Position numbers and translations under genes: made by a program. From Octopus sinensis (Eukaryota), in contig NC_043001.1 in the NCBI RefSeq assembly GCF_006345805.1, forward strand, positions 115,940,001 through 116,004,000: 64,000 bases of DNA. Direction: 5' to 3'. Positions 25,671 through 42,340 of this stretch are shown here, in pieces; positions within the stretch are counted from its first letter, which is position 1; each line of letters opens with the position of its first letter. The notes under the pieces are model-generated. The model worked only from the letters and a program-made list of their open reading frames with translations. It did not search any database and was not told where the DNA came from.

Positions 25671-26282
25671 CAGTCGATGTCTGAGGGATACGGGTTCGAG
25701 TGCCATATCGGCTTACTGGCAACTTCTTTCGTCTCATAAGGCTACCCAGACTTTCTCTGCTATCTCTACAGCTTTACTGGGTTTGAAATGTCCTTCCTTA
25801 TCTGCAAGGTATCGCGTTTGAAATGGTTAAGTATGTTATCATTTATTTATGCAGAAGAGATAACATTACATGACAGGGAGTAGCTTTGATGGAAGAAAAA
25901 CATTCGCAAAATACATAAAATCCTACGTTTCTTATTAAGAGAGACTAATGAGTGTTTCTCTCGATACCACAGGGAATGTGAACCATCTTCTAAATTTATG
26001 TCCCAGATTCCAGATACAGTTTTGAAGAATCAAATGAATACTTTGATCACCTATAAACGAAAAGAAACTTGTTACTATGGAATTGCTTCAACGTAACCGT
26101 TGGAGACCTCCGCAGCAATGAAGAAGCAGGCTGAAGCAAGAACTGAGCAAATGCTATAGAAAGATAAAGCTGCGGCAAACTAAAAGAGAAGCGAGCATAA
26201 TTACTACGTTTGTGTGCAATAAAGGGTCTCATGATAACAAACACTGTGTACGGAAAAGAATGTCTGGGAGCTAAATCAATAT

Positions 26283-27230
26283 ATACAATATCCTTCAATT
26301 CATTACTTTGAACAACGATCGTCAAGTTTGCTTTGGCAATTCTAAAGATATTTTGGTGTCACGAATTGTGTCACCAAAACAGATCAAATAACCTTTAAAG
26401 TTCAATACCTGAAATTCAAATCTTACTATCCAACATATACAAAACGCAATATCCCATACAACCTAGCCGGGAAAAGTTGTACGTTTGTGGAGGATGTGAG
26501 AATCAGAGACAAAAGTCTAACAAAACTAAAGGAATCTCTACCCAAGCAAAACTATCCGTCTCTACTCATAGAAAATGGTATACAGCTTGATATAGTAATA
26601 CCCATACAAGAACTTAGGGCCACCCGAGGAAGAGGAAAACGAGAACAGATCATACCAGTTATAGTGGCACACAACCCATGTTACCGGAATACCTTAAGCA
26701 TTGCAAATCAAACTTGCCGATCATTATTCAAAGTAATGAATTAGAAGATATAATCACGGATGGAGTCATGGCTCTAAGTAAAAGACAGTCGAAAGACTTG
26801 AAACATTTAATAAAGGCAAAGTGTGATCTTAGCAACAATCATTCATTGTGTCTAAGTACAATGATAATCGATGTGGGACATGTCAGTTCATACATATCGG
26901 TCAATATAGGAACAAAAAATAAACGGAAGAATATTTGCAAATATAAATATGAACTGCAAAAGCAGAAATTTAATTTACTGCATCAAATGCCAGAATTCTG
27001 AAGAGATATACATTGGCCAGACTTGGAATGCACTAGCGGAACGTTCACGTGTGCTCCAATAGTAAATAAGAGATCCTGATGTCGGCCAGAAGATCCCTTT
27101 AACCGAACACTGACAACATGTGGTCTACACAACTGAAGAGAAATCGAGAGAAAAGTTAGAGAAAAGAATTTTATTGATAAACTGAAACCCGTTTTTAAAT
27201 GGACAAAACTAATAATAGTAACGGTGATGA
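26283..27230 (+). mobile_element. Second Penelope-like fragment (different lineage), thumb plus GIY-YIG
   Basis: TKRNIPYNLA...RDKSLTKLKESLPKQNYPSLLIENGI...IPVIVAHNP, then NCKSRNLIYCIKCQ...IYIGQT..LAER and EKNFIDKLKP. Segment 26283-26355 is an inverted diverged copy of 26685-26755. Confidence 0.8.
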
Positions 27231-27244
27231 CTGGAATGATGATG

Positions 27245-27256
27245 ATGATGATGATG

Positions 27257-27316
<60 letters not shown>

Positions 27317-27351
27317 GTGTCACTTTGATGGCATGAACTACTCTCTCACTC

Positions 27352-27416
<65 letters not shown>
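27245..27416. repeat. (TGA)n/(TAA)n microsatellite upstream of Dong-like element 1
   Basis: Read directly from the sequence; interrupted by a 35-bp unique piece at about 27316-27351. Confidence 0.95.
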
Positions 27417-31553
<4,137 letters not shown>

Positions 31554-32699
31554 GGAAAAGGCGGCTGGACGTGACGAGGAGAAGGCGGCTGGACGTGACA
31601 GAGGATGGACGTATTTTTACGATGCTCTGATGTGGCAACAGCTAACCCAGCAGGACAACTTAAAAAACAACTGTAGAAAACTGGAAGATCTACTGTTTTC
31701 TGTGAGTAATTTGAATTTCCCTCAAAATATGTTAAGGAACTTACATATCTACAGCTCATACAAACGAACACCTAACAAGACAAATTAGAAACATAAATAT
31801 CTCCAATTTTGTGTGAACATTTAGTCGTCTCTCATGACTATAAGAATGTGTAAAATTGCTTTTTAAATTGCCTTTTATTGTAACAACACAATTAGATGCA
31901 CGATAAAAAATTATGGATGTAAGCACCTGCTAATATATACATACAACTGAATTCAGAAATTTAAAAAATATATACATTACATTGAATTCAGAAATTAAAA
32001 AAATCATCGATGTGAACATCAAATAATATGTGTGTGTGAGTATACATATACATATACATATGTATGTGGAAAGGAAGAAAAGAGAAAGGAAAAGAATGTA
32101 GACAGGTTTGACCTTTACTGACCATTACTGTCCTTTGTCTATTCGGCTATCTCTCCATCATCTGCTGAATCTATTTATAGACCCATAGAACATGACCTCT
32201 TTAACCAACTACTCTCCCACACAATGACAGTAGTGATGATGATGGTGAAAATGATAGGAACAAAAATAACAATAATAAGATACTGCTGTCGCTACACATA
32301 AAACAATATCATTGATGATGATGATGGTGATGGTGATGTTGATAATGATGATGATGGTAATGGTGATGATGGTGATAGTAATAACAATAATAACTGACAG
32401 ATCCCTTTTTCTTTCTTTTTTCTCCGTATTTTATTCTCATTATTTCGAACTAATACAAGCAGAGTGAGCATTTTAAAAGTTTAAAAGAGGAAGGGAAAAG
32501 AAGGAAGGAAAACGGGAAAGAAGGAAAAAGAAAGAAAGAGAGAGGAAAAAAGGAAGAGAAGGAAAAAATGTTCGGAGATAAAACTATCAACAAAAAAAAT
32601 ACAGACGAATACAGATCTGCTAGCCTTAACAAGCTGCGCTACGAGCAATGCTTACATGTAGAGAACCCTAAACTGACAGATCCCTCTCCTAATGTAAGA

Positions 32700-35600
32700 G
32701 TGGAAGCTCGTCATGCTTCAATGTAAACAAAACAAACTACAAACCGCATTGGTCGTCGCGCGGATTGCAAAAGACCACGTACCCGAAAATTGAACCAAAT
32801 TCTGATTGAAAAATCAGCTACTGGATCAAATCTTCCCAACACACAGGAGCTGGACGAACCCCACAACCGGAATATTCCAACAGATGGCCTTCCATGCTCG
32901 TCACCAAATAATCAAAAAAAAAGAAGGAAAAATGGTCTAGGGAAGATAATAAAGAAGTTCTTGTGGCCTTCTACCATGCCATATATTTCCCCACAGATAA
33001 ATCTAACACTGTACAAACATACTTAAACTGGAGACAGAAACACCCTGAAGTAAGACCCTACATAGACAGTAACAAACTTGCCAACGTCAGAAGAAACATT
33101 ATTAAACAAAATACTGACTGGAGTAGAGATTGATCAAGTTAGACAAGCAATATCGGATAAAATGAACGAAGCTGCAGCTAGAGAAGATAATACAGAGGAA
33201 ATAATTATAGACCAGCCCAGGGCTGATAAAAACGAAGTAAGGATTGAAAGAGTTAGTATAAGTGATAGGAAAAGTGAAATATTCTCTGAACCAATCATAA
33301 ACACTAAGACAGATGAACATCAAATAGATAAAGAAAGTCACACAAATATTGACCCAACAGAACTACATGAGCTAAAAAAAACTCAAATCATGATTGAATG
33401 GCTGAAAATTAAAGAGACTAGCATGGATGAACGTGATACACTCCCTAAAATCTGCAACTCTAACCAAAACATGAAAATAATTGGTAAAATCCGGCTTGCA
33501 CTTAAGGTTATAATTTCAGCTAATGAGGTTGATATCACAAATCTCAACCACCAAATACATAACAAAAACACCAGGACTTACAAACACATATGAAGTCGTT
33601 CTGTATGCATCAGCGAAAATCTCAACGATCCTATGTGGTGTAAAGATTAGAAAACGGCAACATTCCCACAAAAAGCCTTCTTGGCAAGAGCGTTTGCAAC
33701 AACAAATTCAACTATTTATATCTGACATTGAATATTTGAAAAACCTTAAGGTTCACAAGACTACCAAACCTACAAAAAGCCCCAAATTAATGAAAAAATA
33801 CAATATGAAAACTATACTTGATATTGATGCCACCATAGAAACCATCAAACAAAAGGTATCTGCCAAAGCTGCCCGCATAGCGAGGTATGAAAAGCGTGTT
33901 AGATTTTTCAAGGACAACAATATGTTCAAAAATAACCCCAAGAATTTTTACAGGAAGATAGGAAAACAGCGTTTACTGTAAGGTCTGTACCATCAAAAGA
34001 AGAAGTGCAGGGATTTTGGAATAAAATTTGGGCAGAAGAAAACACACACAACGAAAAGACCCCCTGGATTGACAGAATATCGACAGAACTGGACCCCTTA
34101 GAAGAGCAAAAGTGGGAGGGTGTCAAGGTAGAAGATATAAGATCTGCTCTCAGGAGGTCAAGCAAATGGAAGTCTCCAGGAAAGGATAAAATTCCTAACT
34201 TCTGGCTGAATGCCTTCCCAGAGAGCCATGAACTGCTAACAGAACTGTACAATGATGTTTTGCAACACCCTAGTAGGATGCCTGCTTGGCTAGTTAATGG
34301 ATTAACATTCCTGCTTCCAAAAAGTGAAGAAACAAATGAACCAAAAAACTATAGACCCATAACCTGCTTAACAACTATGTATAAAACGCTAACATCTGTC
34401 CTGACGGAATATATTTATAGTTTTTTTAACAGACAGCTGCATATTCCCTAATGAACAGAAAGGATATAAACGTGGATCCTACGGCTGTAAAGACCAACTA
34501 CTCATCAATAAGATGATCTTAGAAGATTGTCACAAACGACACAAAAACTTATCAATAGCCTGGATAGACTATAAAAAGGCTTTTGATAGCCTACCACATT
34601 GCTGGATTAGGAAATGCCTGGAAATGTATAAGATAGTACCTACTCTGCGAAACGTTTTGACACTAAGTATGAGAACATGGAGAACCACACTAACTCTGAA
34701 CAGTGACAATGAATCCCTAAATGCTGGTGATGTAAAACTTTCATGTGGCATTTTCCAGGGTGACTCACTGTCACCACACCTCTTTTGTTTAGCCTTAATA
34801 CCTCTCTCAAAACTGCTCAATGATGCGCAGTACGGATATAAAATGTTTGATAAAAATATAAATCATCTCATTTACATGGATGATCTAAAGCTTTTTGTAA
34901 AAAATGACCAACAACCCAAGGGCTTACTAGCGATAGTCAAACAATTCAGTGACGACATCAGAATGCAATTCGGTCTCGATAAATGTGCAAAAGTTACCTT
35001 TATCAAAGGAAAAATGACAGAAACATCTAACGTTAACCTTGACCAGCAGAATGTCATAAAAGAACTAGACCCAGCGGAGAGCTACAAGTAAGTAGGGGCA
35101 ATTGAAGGGAACGGAATAAGGCATTCAGAGATGAAGGAAAGGATCAGGAGAGAATGTTATCGAAGAGTGAGAGCAATACTCAAGACAGAGCTAAATGCAA
35201 GAAACAGGATCGAAGCGATCAATGCATTAGCCATACCAGTCGTGACTTACAGTTTCAATATCGTTAACTTGTCAATTACTGAAATATTTCAGCTCGACAG
35301 AAAAATACGAAAACTGTTGACAATGCATAGAATGCACCACCCTAAGGCAGATACAGAACGACTTTATCTGCCAAGAAAAGAGGGAGGCCGTGGTCTTTAA
35401 CAACTGGCAATAACAATGAAGATTGCTACAATTGGCCTAGACGCCTACCTGAAAATCTATGAGGACTGGATGTTAAAACTTGTCTCAAAATATGAAAACA
35501 AGAAAGCATCATACTCAGTAACAAAACAGGCAAAGGAATATATCTAAGTCAATTCCGAATACAACAAATTTCGGAATTAGAGATAGACATACAAGAAACA

Positions 35601-36621
35601 AGCACAGAAAAAGCTAAGCGCATGAAAACCCGTGCTAAAACTGCGGCCTTAGATATTCTGAATGATAAATGGCAAGAAAAACCTCTCTATGGCAAATACC
35701 CAAAGAGAGCGAATAATCCTGATGTTGACAAAACCTGGCCCATCAATGGCTAATGGCCTCTGGCTTAAAATCTGAAACAGGGATTTATCATAGCAGCTCA
35801 AGAGCAATGCCTACCAACAAGAAACTACCAGGCCAACGTATTAAAGAACGGCAGTAGCCAAACATGTCGTGTATGCCGACAACAAAATGAGACCATTGAT
35901 CATGTTGTCTCCAAGTGCAGTCTTCTAGCACCTACAGAGTATCTCAACAGGCATGATAAAGCTGCACAATATATTCACTGGGTAATTTGCAAAAAACTGG
36001 ATTTGCCCCATGAAAAAAACTTGTGGGAACACAAACAACCCCCAGTGCTTGAAAATGACCACATTTCACTCCTCTGGAACTTCCCCATTCAAACTGACAG
36101 AAAGATAGATGCAAATAGGCCAGACATCATATTGAAAGACTTCAGACAAAGAACATGCTTCCTCATTGATATGACTGTCCCAATCGATATAAACGTATCT
36201 GTCAAGACCTACCAAAAACTGAGCAAATATAAAGATCTTCAAATAGAAATCAGCAAAATGTGGAATCTGAAGACTAAAATAATACCTGTTGTCATAGGTG
36301 CCCTGGGAATGATAGCGAAAGGGGCTGATTGCTACCTAACTCAGATACCAGGAAACCCCCAAATGGCAGAAATTCAAAAGATAGTGCTCATGGGAACTGC
36401 TCATATCCTACGCAAAATACTCTCTATGTAATCCCAAGGTTTAAAACAAACTTTTTTTCTTTTTTTAATTTATTTATTAGACATTCACTAGTACAACACC
36501 AAAAAAAACCCAAATATATGGCACACTAAGCATAACAACAACGTGAACTTCTAACCTGTTGTCTCTTGAGGTCCCTGGGTGAGACTTGGAGCCAACTTGT
36601 ACAGACAAAGCAATAGACAAC

Positions 36622-36622
<1 letters not shown>
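32700..36622 (+). mobile_element. R4/Dong-type non-LTR retrotransposon 2 (different subfamily), near full length, disrupted
   Basis: N-terminal RKWSREDNKEVL..FY motif, [70 protein letters not shown]...LIDMTVP...KLSKYKDL. Followed by (TAA/TGA)n at 36623-36810. The 5' boundary is uncertain. Confidence 0.92.
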
Positions 36623-36684
<62 letters not shown>

Positions 36685-36739
36685 TGATGATGATAATGAT
36701 GATGATGATGATGATGATGATAACAATAATAACAATAAC

Positions 36740-36804
<65 letters not shown>

Positions 36805-36811
36805 TGATGAT

Positions 36812-37897
36812 TTTGAAGACACCTGCATCCACCCCATGCAGGTGTCTCAGGTCCTTCGGGAGGATACTGAAGAGCTGTGGATCTCTAAAGCTCAGGCTAC
36901 TGCAGTATTTTTCTACATCTTGATAGCAATTTTGGAGTCATTGACACTATGCAGTGACGCCCAGTTCTAGTGTTTGTGTAACTTTCGATGCCAAAGTTTG
37001 GGACAAGTCCTCCCAGGATCTTCCACATGTATATTATGGCAGTTCTTTCTCGCCTACGATCTAAGGAATAGAGTCTTAATCTCTTGAGTCTTTCCCAATA
37101 GGTTATATGCTGCTAGAGGCTATCTTCTTTGTGTAGCTTCATTGGATTGCCTCAAGTTCTGCGATTAATTTGACACTTGTTGGTGACCATAGCTGAGAGC
37201 AATTGTCAAATTGGCTTAGGACAAGTGTCCTCTAGAGGACCATCATGGTTTCCTGGTCTCTTGTTCTAAAATTTCTAAGAATCCATCCGGTCAGCCGCCT
37301 CCACATGAAAGGTTTCATTTTCACTCATGTAAATACCCAGGTCTCGCACTGATTGTGCCTCTGGGATTGCAATCCCTCCAGGTCCAGTGTATGTATTGGT
37401 TATTGCATTTAGTTTTGCATGCTGATAGCATAAAGCTTGAAACTTTTCAGCATTAAACTGCATGCTATTCTTTTTGGACCACTTATGTATTTCATCCAGC
37501 TCATATTGCAGGTGCATGGCGACTTCAGGGTTCTGTATTACCTGTGAAACTTTTGTATCATCTGCATAACTTGTGATCGTGGCGCCCTGTGGCTGAAGGC
37601 ATATCTGAGAGGGCCATTATGAGCAGAAGTGGTCCCAAAAAAGAGCCTTGCGGAACACCGGTCCCTATTTGCGTATCATAGTATATGGACCCATTGGCTA
37701 CTACCACCTGACTTCTATCCTTCAGAAAGTCATGAAGCCATTCTCACAATTTTCCAACTATGCCAAGATCACGCACTTTGTGACATATCGTTCCATGATA
37801 AAACTTTATCAAAGGCCTTGGCAAAGTCGAGATATATCACTTCCACATTTGAGTGGTTGAGCAGTCGTTTCAGCACCCAGTCATAGTGTTCTAAGAT
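36812..37897 (-). mobile_element. CR1-clade LINE 3' fragment
   Basis: [38 protein letters not shown]...VRDLGI and the terminal LPKDLRHLHGVDAGVFK. It joins (ATT)n on one side and (TATC)n on the other. Confidence 0.88.
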
Positions 37898-37916
37898 GGA
37901 TAGATAGATAGATAGG

Positions 37917-38009
<93 letters not shown>

Positions 38010-38026
38010 TGGTAGGTAGGTATGTT

Positions 38027-38125
<99 letters not shown>

Positions 38126-38144
38126 TGAGAGGTAGGTAGGTAGG

Positions 38145-38209
<65 letters not shown>

Positions 38210-38228
38210 TGAGAGGTAGGTAGGTAGG

Positions 38229-38310
<82 letters not shown>
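37895..38310. repeat. (GATA)n microsatellite with GGTA variants
   Basis: Read directly from the sequence. Confidence 0.97.
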
Positions 38311-38312
<2 letters not shown>

Positions 38313-40375
38313 TTTTTATTGAAGCCACACAGGGCTAAACACAGAATAAAAATGGACGAAATACAATGTAGAATTTTTTCTTTTCGAGGTGTGATGGGTG
38401 GGGCACAGAAAAAAAAACAAAAAAACACGTTTGATCAATAGGGATCTGTGGGTTGTGTGGTGTATAAAAAAGCAATATATATATATATATATATATAAGG
38501 TTCACAGTTTAGGTGTAGCCTTGGAAAGAAAAACCTACAAAAGAGACCAAGGTCACCTCAGACAATTCGAAAAAGAACACATGAGTAAGTCGCCTTACTT
38601 CTCGTTGTCTCTTTTGGTTACAGATTTATGCTTAAAATAGTGTCGTCTTTCATACTGACCATTTTTGCCACTTTTACCCACTTTTTATTAAAACATTCGT
38701 TCGACAAAGCCTTCCTCTCTATTCTCATCCTCCTTTTCAAGTGGTACTTGAAAAAGTTGACGAGAGACTGACCAGAGAGGAAGGTGTTTGTTTGCAGTCC
38801 TTTCAAACGCGTCCACCACACACATTCTTTCGCCATAGCCATCAGCGCAACGAAAACCGTTTTCCCTTCCCGTTTAAAGGAAGGTGGTGGAACAATATTC
38901 ACGATAGATTGATAGATAAGTTTCTTTATTGGCCACACAGGGCTGCACACAGATAGGACAAGTTACAAGGTAGAGCTTGTCTTTTGGGGGATGAAAAAAA
39001 CAAAAAGCAAAAGAAAGAAAAAAAGGGGTGGCGTAGGTTTTCGATCAAGTGGGATCGTAAAAGGGAAGAAAGGAACAAAAATAAATAAATAAAAAATAAA
39101 AGAAGAAAAATAAAAATAAAAAAGAAGAAAAGGAAAAGGAACAAAAGAAAAGAGAAATGAAAAAAGAAGAAAAAAGGGGAAAAAGGGGAAGAGGAAAACA
39201 AAAACGATCAATAGGGATCGTGTATCACAGTGTTATGATATATGGTGTAAAGGGGAAAGCAAGTAAGGTTTATCCGTGGGAAGAAAAGCCTACGAAAAAG
39301 ACCACGGTAACCTTGGTCAATATTGTTATATGTTACCACATTTGTTTGCAAGTGGGTAACCCTCTGTTTTCAATTTCTGGGTTCATAGGATTATGCTCAA
39401 GGTGGCTTCGTCATTCATACGTGCCATCCTTGCTACATTCACCCATCTTTTTTTAAAACATTCGCTAGACAAAACTTGCCTCTCTACTCTCACTTTCCTT
39501 TTCAAGTGGTACTTGAAGAAGTTGATGAGAGATTGACCATAGAGGAAAGTGTTTGGCTCCAATCCGTTCAGACGCGTCCACCAGATACATTCTTTCGCCA
39601 TAGCCACAAGGATTGAAGGAAGGAGGCGTGACAATATTGACGATAGACTCAGCTGATAAACCGACTCGTCCCACACGTGACAGCAGTCGTTCGACATAAG
39701 CCCACAGGTCGAAAATTGTTGGACACTGCACGAGTGCGTGCAGAACTGTTTCGTCGCTCTGACCGCATCTCGGGCAGGTCGGCCCCGTGTTTCTCGAGCC
39801 GTGTCTGTAGAGCTTATCCCGAACGGGTAGCGCTTCTCGGTAGCACTGCCAGGCCAGGGATCTCTGGAAGTTGTCCATGGGCCCTGGCCCGAAAGTCGTC
39901 CCGAATAGGTGGGTCAGGTACTCCTCGTCGACGTCCAGGTTCGCCCCGAGCTCGTCGTCGTACCTCCCCTCCACTAATGCCCTATAGTATGCTTTGGTTG
40001 TGATGAAGTCACTCAAGGTAGACCCAGGACGGCAGAGTTGCTTGAGAGCAACGCGACACTCGCAGTGCCATTCGCCCATCCTCGGCCTCTTTTTGATCCA
40101 CGACTGCAGTTCGGTCATGGAGACGAGCTGCGGGAAAGCGTGCCTCACAAACGGCGACCACACCTGTTCACAGTCGTCTACGAAGAGCCTGAGGTGTCGC
40201 AGTTTCAGCGCATGTCTGCGCATCATCAACCACGGCATGCCCAGTCCTCCTTTTAACGGGTGTTGACAGCAAATGGATCGCCTGACCATCGGAACGCATC
40301 CTTTCCACAAGAAGCGAAAGAGAATGCGTTGTAGTTTGGTGATGGTAGATAGATTGGTAGGTAGGTAGGTAGGTT

Positions 40376-40429
<54 letters not shown>

Positions 40430-40438
40430 CAGATAGAC

Positions 40439-40478
<40 letters not shown>

Positions 40479-40495
40479 TGGTAGGTAGGTAGGTT

Positions 40496-40586
<91 letters not shown>

Positions 40587-40587
40587 T

Positions 40588-40648
<61 letters not shown>

Positions 40649-41978
40649 GTTTCTTTATTGGCCACACAGGGCTGCAAACAGATGGGACAAGTTACAAGGT
40701 AGAGCTTTTCTTTTGGGGGATGAAGAGAACAAAAAACAAAAGAAAAAAAAAGGGGGTGGCGTAGGTTTTCGATCAAGAGGGATCGTAAAAGTGAAGAAAA
40801 GAACAAAAAAAAGAATTGAATAAAATAAAAGGAATAAAAAGAAAAAAAAGAAAAGGAAAGGGAACAAAAGGAAAGAGAAATGAAAAAAGATAGATAGATA
40901 GATATGTTTCTTTATTAGCCACACAGGGCTGCACACAGATAGAACAAATTACAAGGTAGATTTTCTTTTGGGGGTAAAAAAAGAGAGTTGGTTTTCGATC
41001 AAAAGGGATCGTAAAAGGAAAGAAAGAGGACAAAAAAAGGGGAGGATTTTTAAAAAAAGGGGGGAGAGGGGAAAAAAAGGAAAGGGGAGAGGAAAAAAAG
41101 TTGATCAATAGGGATCGTAATCACAGAAATGTCAATATGAAGTGCAAAGGGGAGGACAGGTGAGGTTTACCCGTGGAAAGAAAAGCCTACGAAAAAGACC
41201 ACGGTAACCTCGGTCAATGAAGTCACATGTTATATTTCTTTCTTTTATTTTTTTTTTTCAAATATGCAACTCTGTATTAATTTTTACGTTTCATAGAATC
41301 ATAGTCAAGGTGGCTTCGTCATTCATACGTGCCATCCTTGCTACATTCACCCATCTTTTTTTAAAACATTCGCTAGACAAAACTTGCCTCTCTACTCTCA
41401 CTTTCCTTTTCAAGTGGTACTTGAAGAAGTTGATGAGAGATTGACCAGAGAGGAAAGTGTTTGTCTCCAATCCTTTCAGACGCGTCCATCAGATGCATTC
41501 TTTCGCCATAGCCACAAGGATGATAAAAATAGCTCTTCCTTCCCGTTTGAAGGAAGGAGGCATGACGATATTAACGATAGACTCAGCTGATAAACCGACT
41601 CGTCCCACACGTGACAGCAGTCGTTCGACATAAACCCACAGGTCGAAAATTGTTGGACACTGCACGAGTGCGTGCAGAACGGTTTCGTCGCTCTGACCGC
41701 ATCTCGGGCAGGTCGGCCCCGTGTTTCTCGAGCCATGCCTATAGAGCTTATCCCGAACGCAGTCTCAGCGCGTTTCTGCGCATCATCAACCACGGCATGC
41801 CCAGCCCTCCTTTTAACGGGTGTTGACAGCAAATGGATTGCCTGACCATCGGGACGCATCCTTTCCACAAGAAGCGGAAGAGGATGCGTTCTAGTTTGGT
41901 GATGGTAGGGTCGGGACAAGGTACGACGGTCAGGCGGTAGTAGATGATGGACGCGATGTACGCGTTCGCCACCTCCGC
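38311..41978 (-). mobile_element. Array of four 5'-truncated Tx1/L1-clade LINE copies separated by (TATC)n
   Basis: [30 protein letters not shown] and the zf-RVT-type REALPVRDKL...CPRCGQSDETVLHALVQCP. Copies lie at 38311-38905, 38919-40348, 40648-40888 and 40905-41978, each ending ...CCCTGTGTGGC..AATAAA.AAA.. then TATC repeats. Confidence 0.9.
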
Positions 41979-41989
41979 TATCTATCGAT

Positions 41990-42340
41990 GGACTTTAGGT
42001 GAAGGGGAGGATCGGGCGAAGGAATATTGAACATTCCAGAGAGGGGGATTTGAAGGTGAAGGGGAGGAAGGGGATGAAGGAGTATTGAACATTCCAGAGA
42101 GGGGGATTTGAAGGTGAAGGGAAGGAAAGGGAGGAAGGAATATTGAACATTCCAGAGAGGATCATTTGAAGGTGAAGGGGAGGAAGGGGCGGAAGGAATA
42201 TTGAACATTCCAGAGAGGGGGATTTGAAGGTGAAGGGGAGGAAGTGGCGGAAGGAATATTGAACATTCCAGAGAGGGGGATTTGAAGGTGAAGGGGTGGA
42301 AAGGGAGGAAGGAATATTGAACATTCCAGAGAGGGGGATT
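41990..42340. repeat. Purine-rich minisatellite, unit about 58-60 bp, about 6 copies
   Basis: Repeats of GAAGGTGAAGGGGAGGAAGGG.CGGAAGGAATATTGAACATTCCAGAGAGGGGGATTT. Confidence 0.92.

Noticed and set aside
31553-31700. Possible HDV-like ribozyme at a retrotransposon 5' end (TGT-GGCA-ACA-GCTAA-CCCAGC)
   Set aside because: P4 and J4/2 look plausible, but I could not build P1, P3 and a proper L3 by hand.
37769-40667. LSIY-repeat ORFs fused to RT or zf-RVT sequence (219 aa and 400 aa)
   Set aside because: (TATC)n happens to be in frame with truncated LINE fragments, so these are not real fusion proteins.
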